Origin: Gammaproteobacteria bacterium
GTDB taxonomy: Bacteria; Pseudomonadota; Gammaproteobacteria; Eutrophobiales; Eutrophobiaceae
Assembly (NCBI GenBank): GCA_965243205.1
Contig: CBDEUK010000001.1
Location: 128,001-192,000, forward strand
Reading direction: 5' to 3'
DNA length: 64,000 nucleotides
In this document: piece after piece, positions 9,694 to 19,900 of the stretch
How positions within the stretch are numbered: position 1 is the stretch's first letter
How the letters are laid out: the number at the start of each line of letters is the position of its first letter
Program-made: the position numbers and the translations under genes
The notes under the pieces: model-generated
What the model was told of the DNA's origin: nothing
The model's database searches: none
Seen by the model: the letters and a program-made list of their open reading frames with translations, nothing else

Positions 9694-11484
9694 TTAAATA
9701 TCGTCGGCGATCTCTTGCTGGTAATCCTCGAAAATCGAGGTATCGAATTGACTCATATCAATTGCAATACTCTCATTTGTAGACGAATTATCGCTTTGTC
9801 TAAGCGGAAATTCTGACTCAGGAATGACATCAGGTTTTGAGAGCTTGTCCATCGCAACTTGATTTTCTAACTCTTGAGATTTGAAAAGATTCAGCTGCTC
9901 TTTATGTTGTTTTAAAGCATTAACTTTAAATAATAAGGCCTGCTTTTTTCTTTTGATATGGCTTGATGACTTTTTAACTTCGAGTTGAGCTAATTGCTCT
10001 AGTTCAGCATGTAACTTCTGCTCTATTTCCTCTAAACTGGTTTCATCCAAACTTGGTGCGCAACCATCCATTTCTTCACACTGGCCAAGTTTCATTCCAA
10101 TACCTGTACCGATAGTGCCAAACATATTGGTATTTTTCTTTGAATAAGCATTAACGTCTACATAGGCAATTTTATTGACTGGCATAGACTGACTGCCTGA
10201 AGTTTCGGTCTCTGAAATTTCTTCTGTAGTATCAGCAATTCTTGCGTTGAACAGTGGTTGAGGGAATTCACCTTGTTGTTGTGGAGGTGCTTGATCAAAA
10301 GGATTATTTGGCTCACCTAAATTTAATGACACAATCTCAGTTTCTGGCTCGCCAATAATTGGTTGAGTAATACTAACAACTTGAGTATTCGTCGGTGTAT
10401 TAAACTGGCTATCTCCACTAACAGGCTTTTCTGCTGAGGCCAATTTTGCAGGAGCATTAATTGGGTTTGGTACAACTTTTACAGTTAATACTGGAGGAAG
10501 TACTTTTTCAACCGGTTGCTGTTGTGATGAAGTAGAAGTTTGATCAGAGGTATCTAATAGTTCTGGAACTTTTTGTTCAGTGTTAGCTACTTGTTCGGCA
10601 GGAGCTTTTAATACTTCAGATTTTTTTGCAGGCTCATCAATTTTGTTTGAAATCTTGTCCTCAACAATATTTTTTTCATCGTGTACTAAAGAATCCGTTT
10701 CTATTATTGGTTCATTAGTAACTATTTCATGAGGGATATTATCGATTTGAGAATTATGTTCGGGCTTTTCGTGTTCTATGTGTGGTTCGTTATTGGGTTT
10801 CTGAACAGTGACAGGTTTCGCTTCATGTTTAGGTTTTATTTTAAAAACACTCACAACTTTTGTTTGCTTGGGAGTATGAGTTATTTTTATTTTTTTTAAC
10901 GTTCCATCGACTTTAGATTCGATTTTTTTTATAAAGCCATTCTTCGGAATCGGCTTATTTAATTTTGTCTTTTTATTTCCTATCTTATAACCTATCAAAC
11001 CACTTTCATCGAATTTCAATACCGCTTTGGTTTTTGTCTTTGGAATTTTAATATTATTTGGTTTAGCTGAATTATTCGTCTTATTCGGTATATTTCTAGT
11101 TTTATTAACTATCTTAACTTTATTTTTCTTAGTATTAACTACTAGCTTAGAACCGTCTTCAAATTTAAAAATCTGACGATTACCTTTTTGCCGATAAGAT
11201 TTAACTCGTGTGTCATTAAATTGAGAACCATCAACATTGTAATCATTGATAACTTGGTTTAATCGTTCGGTTCGTTGTACTTGAGGATTCGGTTCTTCGG
11301 GACAATGATCAACAGGCGGAGTAGCATGTACTACATTCATTGTAAGACACAGCAACATAGTTAAAACGATCACTGCGAATAGCAGACCGCATCGATTTGA
11401 TGTGAAGGGATCAATCTTATAATTATTATTCACAAACCCCATCAGCAAAGGCTTGTTTGGCCGATTTAAGGTGGCCTTCTCCAT
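9694..11484 (-). CDS. Hypothetical secreted protein, candidate atypical TpsB passenger
   Basis: Long N-region plus hydrophobic core and VHA-T cleavage site; Lys-rich N-terminal part; Pro/acidic linker; C-terminal CEEMDGC motif and coiled coil. Lies directly downstream of the TpsB gene. Confidence 0.7.
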   Translation of the reverse strand: MEKATLNRPNKPLLMGFVNNNYKIDPFTSNRCGLLFAVIVLTMLLCLTMNVVHATPPVDHCPEEPNPQVQRTERLNQVINDYNVDGSQFNDTRVKSYRQKGNRQIFKFEDGSKLVVNTKKNKVKIVNKTRNIPNKTNNSAKPNNIKIPKTKTKAVLKFDESGLIGYKIGNKKTKLNKPIPKNGFIKKIESKVDGTLKKIKITHTPKQTKVVSVFKIKPKHEAKPVTVQKPNNEPHIEHEKPEHNSQIDNIPHEIVTNEPIIETDSLVHDEKNIVEDKISNKIDEPAKKSEVLKAPAEQVANTEQKVPELLDTSDQTSTSSQQQPVEKVLPPVLTVKVVPNPINAPAKLASAEKPVSGDSQFNTPTNTQVVSITQPIIGEPETEIVSLNLGEPNNPFDQAPPQQQGEFPQPLFNARIADTTEEISETETSGSQSMPVNKIAYVDVNAYSKKNTNMFGTIGTGIGMKLGQCEEMDGCAPSLDETSLEEIEQKLHAELEQLAQLEVKKSSSHIKRKKQALLFKVNALKQHKEQLNLFKSQELENQVAMDKLSKPDVIPESEFPLRQSDNSSTNESIAIDMSQFDTSIFEDYQQEIADDI

Positions 11485-11506
11485 AATTTATCCTTTTGGA
11501 CTATTA

Positions 11507-11524
11507 TATTAATACGAGTGTTTA
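11507..11524 (-). promoter_or_regulatory. 18-bp leader motif TAAACACTCGTATTAATA, shared with the DUF1800 leader
   Basis: 17/18 identical to 54654-54671, in the same orientation and a similar distance before the RBS and start codon. Confidence 0.5.
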
Positions 11525-11534
11525 ATAAAGATCG

Positions 11535-11550
11535 TGCAACTTAAATGCCA
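11535..11550 (-). promoter_or_regulatory. Sigma-54 (-24/-12) promoter
   Basis: Minus strand reads TGGCATTTAAGTTGCA (GG-N10-GC), close to consensus TGGCAC-N5-TTGCW, about 50 bp upstream of the 596-aa gene. Confidence 0.75.
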
Positions 11551-11704
11551 CGAGTAGAGGCTACACCGAACCTTTATTCACACTCTTTATCGTCCAAAAA
11601 ATTATACAACTTTAATTTTCATTTACCTAACAAAAACCATGAAAAATCTCTATATTTCATGCGTTTGCAATAAAATTTAACATTACCGTCATAAATGTTG
11701 TCAT

Positions 11705-11730
11705 AAAAGTGAGAACTGTTTCACACTTTT
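11705..11730. promoter_or_regulatory. CRP-type palindromic site (alternatively an enhancer-binding-protein site or weak terminator)
   Basis: TGAGA-ACTGTT-TCACA at 11710-11725, one mismatch to TGTGA-N6-TCACA, inside the AAAAGTG...CACTTTT inverted repeat. Confidence 0.55.
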
Positions 11731-11754
11731 AATTTGATTAGAAATTGTTCGATT

Positions 11755-13644
11755 TTAAAATGAGATTGAGAAGTTAAGCCAAATTTGTGGCGCTCGGCCA
11801 TTACCAGTGTCAATATTTACCGATTCCCTTACTCCTAGAGGCCATGCAGACATAAACTTAGCATCGAATTTTCCAGGTAAACTGAACTGAGCACCTACAC
11901 CAATACCTTGATAACTTTTCCAACCAACCTCATCAAATTGTCCCGGATCATTTACCTTACCTGCTGCTATATCGTAATAAACAGAAAACTGCAGTAGCTC
12001 TTGAAGAGTGTAGTTTTCAAAAACTGTTATTTCTCTAAGTATTGGAGTATCGAATATATATTCGACCGACATAAATCCAGCTTGATCCACTAATTGAAAT
12101 GAAGGAGAAAACGCTCGAACACTATTCGGACCACCAATGGAATATTGTTGTTGTGATAATAATAAATCATCACTCCATTGAAACTCACTGCGAAATAAAA
12201 GGGATTGTGAAAAACTTAAATTTTGATACCGAGTAAAACTTGCATACAAAACTGTAAAATCACCGCTGACAAATTCCCCTGAACCACTAACACGATTCGG
12301 CTGTTCATCACTTGGTAAATTTGAAACGTCCGTAGAATTACCAAATGAACCCAATACATTTTCTAGTCCTTGGCTAATCTCAAAACTAAAGAAATTGATA
12401 GCTCTTGATTCGAATTCTGAATCTTTAGGACGAACAAATGCAATCAAGTCAAAATCGTCCACTACATCGTATTGTGTAGAGAAATTAAGTACACTTGATA
12501 TTTCACGAGAATTTATTAATCCAGCTCTTTCAACTTTTGAGCTGGTCCGTGTAAAACTTAATGCTGCAGATAAATTTTCTGTCCGTGATCGAATAAATGA
12601 TTTTTCCATCACTAAACTTACATCTGTTGACTCACCTGTAATTTGCTGCTCAGCAAATTCCCCGCCGACCCTGTAATCACTTTTACTTGAACTACCACGA
12701 AATAATAATCCATACGGTAAATACCGCTCGTAATCAAAATAATAAAAACTACTTTCTTTTGGAGAAAACGCTTGCTGAGCTAAGAAACCCAGTTTATCTG
12801 GGCCTTTAAATACACTATTCCAATCAATTGAAACTCTTCCTCTGATACGTCCCGTTTCCTGATTTCCATAATTATCTACACGGAAACGACTATCGAATCG
12901 CTTCTCATCTTGAACATTTAAAACGATATCGGCTGTGCCTATCAATTGACCCGGTTGAAAAATGCCATAGACTTGTAAACCTGGATAATCAGTCAGTCTT
13001 AGTAAAGCTGCTTCAATTTCTTTTTTAACGATAGGTTGATTAATTAAATCTTTGAAAACCTCTTCTAATACTTTCGCATCATAAACTTCATTACCTTCTA
13101 CAAGAACTCTATCAAGATAACCAATGTAAACTTCAATTTTTACAATTCCATTTTCAACATCTTGCATAGGAATGACAGCTTGTGCCAAGGCTAAACCTTT
13201 GGAACGGTAATAACTGGTTATTTCATTTGCAACTTGTTGTAAACGACCTACTGTAAAGCCGTCTTGTCTTTGCAAGCGTAGCATTTCTACTAGCTCTTCA
13301 ACTTCTGTTGTTAAAATTCCTAATTCAGGCATCTCTTCAGCATTAATTAATTCAAAACCATTCACAAGGATTCGTTCGCCTTCATCAATATCCAAAGGTC
13401 TATCGATGACTGCTGGAATATCAACTACTTCTTCTGTTTCAGTTGAAGGTAATTCAGTCGGTTCGGAAAGATCAGGGCGTTGTGCCCCTGGTTGTACTGC
13501 ATCAGGAATAGCAGTAACACCAGCATTTGCCTGGTAACTATTTAAAAATAACATTATGTAAAGCACCAAGGAATGAATGCATAAACATGAATGTTTATTT
13601 TTTTTGAAACGAGCGCTATTAATTTTCCTTAAAATCATCAGCAA
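11755..13644 (-). CDS. ShlB/FhaC/HecB-family (TpsB) outer-membrane transporter
   Basis: POTRA motif (EITSYYRSKGLALAQAVIPMQDVENGIVKIEV), VDNYG, L6 loop IGGPNSVRAF, and C-terminal Phe (WLNFSISF). Confidence 0.9.
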   Translation of the reverse strand: MLMILRKINSARFKKNKHSCLCIHSLVLYIMLFLNSYQANAGVTAIPDAVQPGAQRPDLSEPTELPSTETEEVVDIPAVIDRPLDIDEGERILVNGFELINAEEMPELGILTTEVEELVEMLRLQRQDGFTVGRLQQVANEITSYYRSKGLALAQAVIPMQDVENGIVKIEVYIGYLDRVLVEGNEVYDAKVLEEVFKDLINQPIVKKEIEAALLRLTDYPGLQVYGIFQPGQLIGTADIVLNVQDEKRFDSRFRVDNYGNQETGRIRGRVSIDWNSVFKGPDKLGFLAQQAFSPKESSFYYFDYERYLPYGLLFRGSSSKSDYRVGGEFAEQQITGESTDVSLVMEKSFIRSRTENLSAALSFTRTSSKVERAGLINSREISSVLNFSTQYDVVDDFDLIAFVRPKDSEFESRAINFFSFEISQGLENVLGSFGNSTDVSNLPSDEQPNRVSGSGEFVSGDFTVLYASFTRYQNLSFSQSLLFRSEFQWSDDLLLSQQQYSIGGPNSVRAFSPSFQLVDQAGFMSVEYIFDTPILREITVFENYTLQELLQFSVYYDIAAGKVNDPGQFDEVGWKSYQGIGVGAQFSLPGKFDAKFMSAWPLGVRESVNIDTGNGRAPQIWLNFSISF

Positions 13645-13717
13645 ATTAATTATAATTTTTATATATCGGTTAACTTACACAGCAAAAACCACACCGATCG
13701 TATTTGTTGTTACCGCT

Positions 13718-14719
13718 TTATAATCCTGAACGCAATTTCAATCGCCACTCTTCAATGTCATTAGCTTCAAGATTGGATGGATATTTTTTTTGAGCTTCTT
13801 CTATTAATGCTTTCTGAATATTGCTAACCTGATTTTGTCTTAAAACTTCTCTTATGTTGTTTCCAACCTGTTCAAGTTCTACTATACGCCCCTCAACAAT
13901 TCCTTCATGTTTCATGATATGTATACCTAATTCGGTACGAATAGGTTGGCTAATCTGCCCCTTCTCAAGCAACATAATTTGGTCTTTTACATTATCAGGT
14001 AATTCACTTAATTTAACCAAACCAATATATCCATCATTACTTCGGCTAAGTTTGTTTGCTGAATACTTAGAAGTGGCTTCAGCAAAAGTAAGTCTATGAT
14101 CAATAATTTCTTGTCGAACTGATGAAGCTTTATTTTCCAAATCTAAGATATTTTGTTTACTTGATTCGACATTAATCGGCAAAAGTATCTGCCATAAATG
14201 GATGCGATCTTCTAAGTAATACGAATCTTTATTTGCTTCATAAAACTCTTTTATTTGTGCCTCAGAGGGAAAATCAGACGCTAAGCTTTTCAGAATATTC
14301 TGGTTCAGATAAGCCTCAAACAAAGCCTTTTCAACAGTCTTTTGCAATAGAAACTGGATCTTAGGCTGCTTTAGCGCTCCATCTTCAATCAGTTTTTTCA
14401 ATATTGACTTTTGTGCCAATTCCTTTTTTATAAATAATTGAAATTTCTCACTATCTGACAACAATTCTCTTTGCCTCTCTAATGGAAGCGTCGCAATATG
14501 CTGCCTGAGTTCAGCTATTTCTAATTCGCTACTAAACGGGTTAATGGTAACCATGGACTGATCAGATGCGGAGTTACTGCTGGAATTTTGTTCTTTTCCT
14601 GTAGAAATAGAATCTCCTGATTTAAACCCTATCCATTCTTTGATATTCGCTGAGAACATCGTTACACCAGCTAATATCAAGATAGCAATTAAGATAAGAC
14701 GTTTTGTTGATGAGTCCAT
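13718..14719 (-). CDS. Membrane-anchored PpiC/parvulin-type peptidyl-prolyl isomerase
   Basis: N-terminal TM helix; IHLWQILL, FAEATSKYS, DGYIG and GQISQPIRTELGIHI rotamase motifs. Confidence 0.85.
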   Translation of the reverse strand: MDSSTKRLILIAILILAGVTMFSANIKEWIGFKSGDSISTGKEQNSSSNSASDQSMVTINPFSSELEIAELRQHIATLPLERQRELLSDSEKFQLFIKKELAQKSILKKLIEDGALKQPKIQFLLQKTVEKALFEAYLNQNILKSLASDFPSEAQIKEFYEANKDSYYLEDRIHLWQILLPINVESSKQNILDLENKASSVRQEIIDHRLTFAEATSKYSANKLSRSNDGYIGLVKLSELPDNVKDQIMLLEKGQISQPIRTELGIHIMKHEGIVEGRIVELEQVGNNIREVLRQNQVSNIQKALIEEAQKKYPSNLEANDIEEWRLKLRSGL

Positions 14720-14884
14720 AGAGATAACAGCCTGTTTTAATTGATAAAAATAGTATTTCTTAGATTAAATCATCTTGCATTAAGCAAGCGATTTTGAGGG
14801 CTGGATGATAACTCACAATGCTTTTTCAAAAAATCACATTATTCTTAATACGTAAGTAAGATAACAAAAATATTTCTTCATTCA

Positions 14885-14893
14885 TGGTATAAT
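14885..14893 (+). promoter_or_regulatory. Extended -10 element upstream of the cyclase operon
   Basis: TGGTATAAT (TGn-TATAAT) about 170 bp before the ATG at 15061. Confidence 0.45.
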
Positions 14894-15060
14894 GAATTAC
14901 TTGTAATCTTTTGTTATTATTAGATTTAGTTACGTTTTTTGCATAGCAAGATAGATTAACAAAACTTTTGAGCACTAAATTGGGTTAATGCTCTTAAACA
15001 ATATTCAAAATACATATTGCCCTTAAGTGATGGAGCATAGGTTCAAATAACTGATTAAAA

Positions 15061-16101
15061 ATGGCACCTAAATCATCAAACCTCGCTATTTTATTTGCTG
15101 ATATCAGTGGAAGTACCAAACTGTTCGAGCAGCTCGGTGACTCTGTTGCTCAAACAACGATTGCTAACTGTTTAGAACTACTTGGTAAAATCGCTAATAA
15201 ACATAATGGAAATGTCATCAAAACAATTGGTGATGAAATTATGTGCACGTTTAAAAACATTGATGATTCGGTACGAGCTTCATGTGAGATGCATCAAACA
15301 CTTGAATATGGAGAGTCCTCTCAAAGTGCAGGCTTAAATTCAAATACTCTGATTGCTGATTTATCCAGAACTGAAGCCCATCAAAGCCCTCCTGATGTCA
15401 ATTACACGGAATTGATGCATCAGAAACAAGATCAGACAAACAATATTAAAATCCGTGTTGGGATGCATTACGGACCAGCAATTTTAGAAGGTGGTGATGT
15501 ATACGGTGATGCAGTAAACATTGCCGCTAGAATGACTGCTCAAGCCAAGGCAAGCCAGACACTAACAACTCAGGCAACACGTGCAGGTATGGACCGATTG
15601 CTGAGGATCAGTACAAGATTTGTCGATAGAGCTCATATCAAAGGTAAGAAAGATGAAATTAATATCTTTGAAGTGCTTTGGGAAGGAGATGAATTAACCA
15701 GCGCAATTACGGTTAGCCCTTCTCTTTCAACCACTGCGCCTCCAGTTGATAAATCAAAAGAGCCCGATATAAAACTATTCTTAAATTACCAAGGCAAAAA
15801 AATCGTCCTTGATAAACAATTATCTTCTGTCATTCTCGGACGCAGTAATCGTTGTGACATTACAGTTAATGAAAAACTAGCTTCTCGCCAACATGTTCAA
15901 ATAGAACTACGCCGTGATAAATTTTTTATTAAAGATCAAAGTACCAATGGAACTTATGTCCACATACAAGATAAAAATGAATCTTTTCTAAAACGCGAAG
16001 AAATGCAGCTAATTGGCAATGGCAAACTAAGCCTAGGCCGTGCTTTTAAAGAAAATCCAAAAGAGATCATAACGTTTAATCTAAAACAGAATACGATTTG
16101 A
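15061..16101 (+). CDS. Class III adenylate cyclase with C-terminal FHA domain
   Basis: Cyclase motifs LFADISGST, IKTIGD, IRVGMH and DVYGDAVNIAAR give the metal Asp residues, ATP-specifying Lys/Asp and catalytic Asn/Arg. FHA motifs LGRS, ASRQH and STNGT are intact. Confidence 0.92.
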   Translation: MAPKSSNLAILFADISGSTKLFEQLGDSVAQTTIANCLELLGKIANKHNGNVIKTIGDEIMCTFKNIDDSVRASCEMHQTLEYGESSQSAGLNSNTLIADLSRTEAHQSPPDVNYTELMHQKQDQTNNIKIRVGMHYGPAILEGGDVYGDAVNIAARMTAQAKASQTLTTQATRAGMDRLLRISTRFVDRAHIKGKKDEINIFEVLWEGDELTSAITVSPSLSTTAPPVDKSKEPDIKLFLNYQGKKIVLDKQLSSVILGRSNRCDITVNEKLASRQHVQIELRRDKFFIKDQSTNGTYVHIQDKNESFLKREEMQLIGNGKLSLGRAFKENPKEIITFNLKQNTI

Positions 16102-16140
16102 CGTAAATTACTATAACGATCGATTATTATTAACACTCGT

Positions 16141-16902
16141 ATGGTAGTCCAAACTATGACTACAAAAGATGCAAAAAAAATAAATTTAAAATTTAACTCC
16201 TATGGCGTAACCCATGTTGGTAATGTCAGGAAATTAAACGAAGACGCTTTTCTTGAGCGCCCGGAGATAGGGTTATGGGCTGTTGCTGATGGCATGGGAG
16301 GCCATGATTCAGGTGATATGGCGAGTAACATGATCGTCAGCGACCTTAAAAGAATTCATCAAGGATTAAAATTGAATCGAATTATCGATGATATTGAAGA
16401 CAAGCTAATTAATGTTAATCGTAAACTCATTGAGAAATCCAGCCAATCTATTAAAAAATCGACTATCGGCAGTACTGTGGTTTCTATGGTTGTCTATGAA
16501 AATTATTGCGTTTATTTATGGGTCGGCGATAGTCGGTTGTATCGATTACAAAACAAAAACTTAAAACAACTCACTCGGGATCATTCTCAAGTGCAGATCT
16601 ATATTGATAATGGAATAATCGATGAAAAGGAAGCTGAACTTCATCCTCATCGTAATATGATCACAAGAGCCATTGGTGCTATGGACGAGCTCTATGTCGA
16701 TATGGATATTCAAATAATTTCTCCTAATGACCGATACCTTCTCTGTAGCGACGGTTTAAATCGGCATTTAAAAGACTCAGAGATAGAAGAAATTATGAAT
16801 AAAGGTGATTCCAGTGAAAAAACCTGCAATACTTTAATTGATATGGTTTTAGACAGAGGCGCAGAAGATAACGTAACAGCCATCATTGTCGATGTGACTT
16901 GA
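16141..16902 (+). CDS. PP2C/PPM-family Ser/Thr phosphatase (Stp1/PppA-like)
   Basis: RKLNED, VADGMGGH, VGDSRLY, LTRDHS, LCSDGL and EDNVT motifs. Confidence 0.95.
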   Translation: MVVQTMTTKDAKKINLKFNSYGVTHVGNVRKLNEDAFLERPEIGLWAVADGMGGHDSGDMASNMIVSDLKRIHQGLKLNRIIDDIEDKLINVNRKLIEKSSQSIKKSTIGSTVVSMVVYENYCVYLWVGDSRLYRLQNKNLKQLTRDHSQVQIYIDNGIIDEKEAELHPHRNMITRAIGAMDELYVDMDIQIISPNDRYLLCSDGLNRHLKDSEIEEIMNKGDSSEKTCNTLIDMVLDRGAEDNVTAIIVDVT

Positions 16903-16919
16903 TACTTTTGTGAAATAGT

Positions 16920-19900
16920 TTGGCAAATTTTAGTACTGCACTTGAAGCATTAGGATCAGGAGTAGTTAGTCTTGAGGTCATTAGCTTTCAGCTAAAAAAG
17001 ATACTCGAACAGACTCCTGATTATTCACAACATCTTTTATCTCATCTTTTAATCGCAAAAGATAAACATGTGATTGAAGATTCTGAATATCTTCATCTTA
17101 AAAGCGTCATTGAACCTTATTTATTAGATGCGCAACCTATCAGTATTTCAAATTCCTTTGATAATAATTTTCTGGATATCGATCATCCTCACTTCAACCA
17201 AGAATTAACCACTGGCTCTGTCATCAAGCAACGTTTCAAACTTTTAGAAATTCTTGGCTTCGGTGGCATGGGAAGAGTATATAAAGGTATTGATTTACTT
17301 AAACAAGAAGCCAAAGATAAAAATCCATACGTTGCAATAAAATTATTAAACGAAGATTTTAAATCACACCCTAAAGCATTTATTTCTCTACAACGTGAAT
17401 CCAGCCGACAACAAAAATTAGCCCACCCTAATATTGCAACAGTATATGACTTTGATCGTGTTGGTGATCAAGGCACTCCCGTCTTTATTACAATGGAGCT
17501 ATTAGAAGGACAAACCTTAAGTGTTTTTATCAAAACGAAACTTCGTCGGATTGGTGGCTTACCTTTTTCAGAAGCCTTTAAAATTATTAAACAATTAGGT
17601 TCAGCACTATCCTATGCTCATGAACAAGGTATTGTGCATTCTGACTTTAAACCAGGAAATGCTTTTATATGTAATGACGGAACCGTAAAAACTTTAGATT
17701 TTGGTATCGCACGTGCGGTAAAAAACACTGTTGAAGGAAATTCAGAAAGAACTCTATTTGATCCTAGAAATTTAGGCGCTTTTACACCAGCTTACGCGTC
17801 GTTAGAAATGTTATTGGGTAAAGAACCCGATACTCGAGATGATATATACGCATTAGGGTGTGTCGCGTATGAATTATTATCTGGAAAACATCCTTATGAT
17901 AAATTACCTGCTACAAAGGTTAAAGAAAATAAAATCACACCGAAACCTATTAAAGGTTTATCAAAAAAACAAAACCTAACATTACAAAAAGCTTTAGCGA
18001 CAAATAGAGAAGATCGTTGTCAAACCGTCGACCAATTCTTAAATGACTTAGAAGATAAATATGTATGGTATAAAGATCTTAGAACAGTAACCGGCATAAT
18101 ATTATTTATTTCAGCTATAAGCTTATACGGCCCATTAAATAATTATCTATATCAAAAAAAGATTAATTCCATCTCTCAAAATATTGAATCGAACAATGAT
18201 AAATTAATAGAAAAAAATTTACTGCTGTTAGATAAACTTAAAGAAGCTGATCAATTATCGATCATTAGCAACTCAAAAGAACAAATACAACTTTATTATG
18301 ACAAAATTCTTAACACATTAACTGATATAGAATCAGACACCTATGATTTTATAAAAGCCAAATATTTTCTAAGAAAAATCGAAAAACTCTATCCTGACTC
18401 TAATTTTTATTTTCAAGAAAAAAATAAAATCGAAGAAAAGGAAAAGAAACTTTTAAATATTTTATATAAACATTTAAACATTTCACTTCAAGATATTGAT
18501 AATTTTGAAACTACAAAAACGATTTTAAATAATATCCATTCTCGTATTGATCCAAACCATGCAATCTTAAAAGAAGAAAAGCTTGCCAATAGTCTTTATG
18601 AAATCGCAATTCAATCATTAAATGATAATTTGATAGAAAAAGCCGAAATAGTTTTATTTACAGCAGAAAGGTACTTTCCTGACAATGATAATTTCTCTGA
18701 AATAAAAACACGGATACAAAATACCAAAACATTAGAAGATATTTATTCCAAACTTAATAAACTACCATCACAAAACGTTAAGCTCGAAACCTATAAAAAA
18801 TATGAAAATGACATAAATAAACTTTCGACCTTAGACGAAACTAATGTTTTACTAAAAAAAATATCTCAAGACGTGGAAACGTTATTCAATGAAGAAATCG
18901 AAAAATTACGAGATTCCAAAAATCGCAAAAAAGTTGATTTTTTTCTTACAGAATATGAAATTTTATTTGAATCACTACACTTAAATGAACAATATTTAGA
19001 ATTACAATTTTTGCATTTAAATTCTTATGATAAAAATTTAGCTCTAGATAAAAATATCGAAAACATTCAAAACAGATTAAAGAAATTTATTATAGAACCC
19101 AAAACTGACAGCACAACATGGAAAAAATCAATTGATACAGAATTATCAAAATTAGATTTTATTCAAAAAAAATATTCAACAAAAACTAATTATGATGAAT
19201 TTTTAGAAGAAATTGCTGATATATTTGTTAACTCTTCTATTTCTCTTATGGATAACAATCAATTTAAACACGCTAAATCTCATATTGAAGTAGCGAAATC
19301 TTATTATCATAAACATGCAAAAATACAACTAATAGAACAACAAATTGAAAGTCAATTAGCACACTATACTGAAGAATTAAAAATATCTGAGCTAAAGAAA
19401 ACTTTCGACTTACAAATCAATGCAAATGAATTAGAACAAGCAATTGAGACTTACAGTTTACTAAACCGTTCCAACAATGACGACGATTATTATATTGATA
19501 CCTATGCACCAAAAAAACTATCTGAATTATTTAGTTACAAAGCCACAAGCGCTGCTGAAAAATCAAATTTTAAACTCGCTTTAAAATTAACTAACGATGG
19601 TCTAGATTATTATCCATTAAATCAAGAATTATCAAATCAAAAACAACTATATCAAATTGAAATATATGACATTGAATTAAAATCGTTATTTCAAAACGAA
19701 GTTGAATTTAATTCTTCCGAAATACAACAAAAATTTGGCCAAATTGAATCTATAAGCCCAGATAAATATATAAAACTAAGACAACGCAGCGTTAAAACAT
19801 TATCTGATAGAATTAATACTCTAAAAAATAACAACACCAATCAAGCTATAACACTAGCACAAAATGCCACTGTTATATTTCCTGGAAGTGCTCTGAGTCA

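Noticed and set aside
9700-9730. GCCGACGA as a sigma-28 -10 element for the small GQFLDTYV gene
   Set aside because: There is no TAAA -35 element at 15-bp spacing, and it lies within a coding end.
11686-11704. GTCAT direct repeat resembling a Pho box
   Set aside because: The spacing is 12 bp rather than the required 11 bp.
14802-14838. Two TCACA half-sites in the divergent PpiC/cyclase spacer as CRP sites
   Set aside because: The partner half-sites match only 2/5 of consensus, too weak to call.
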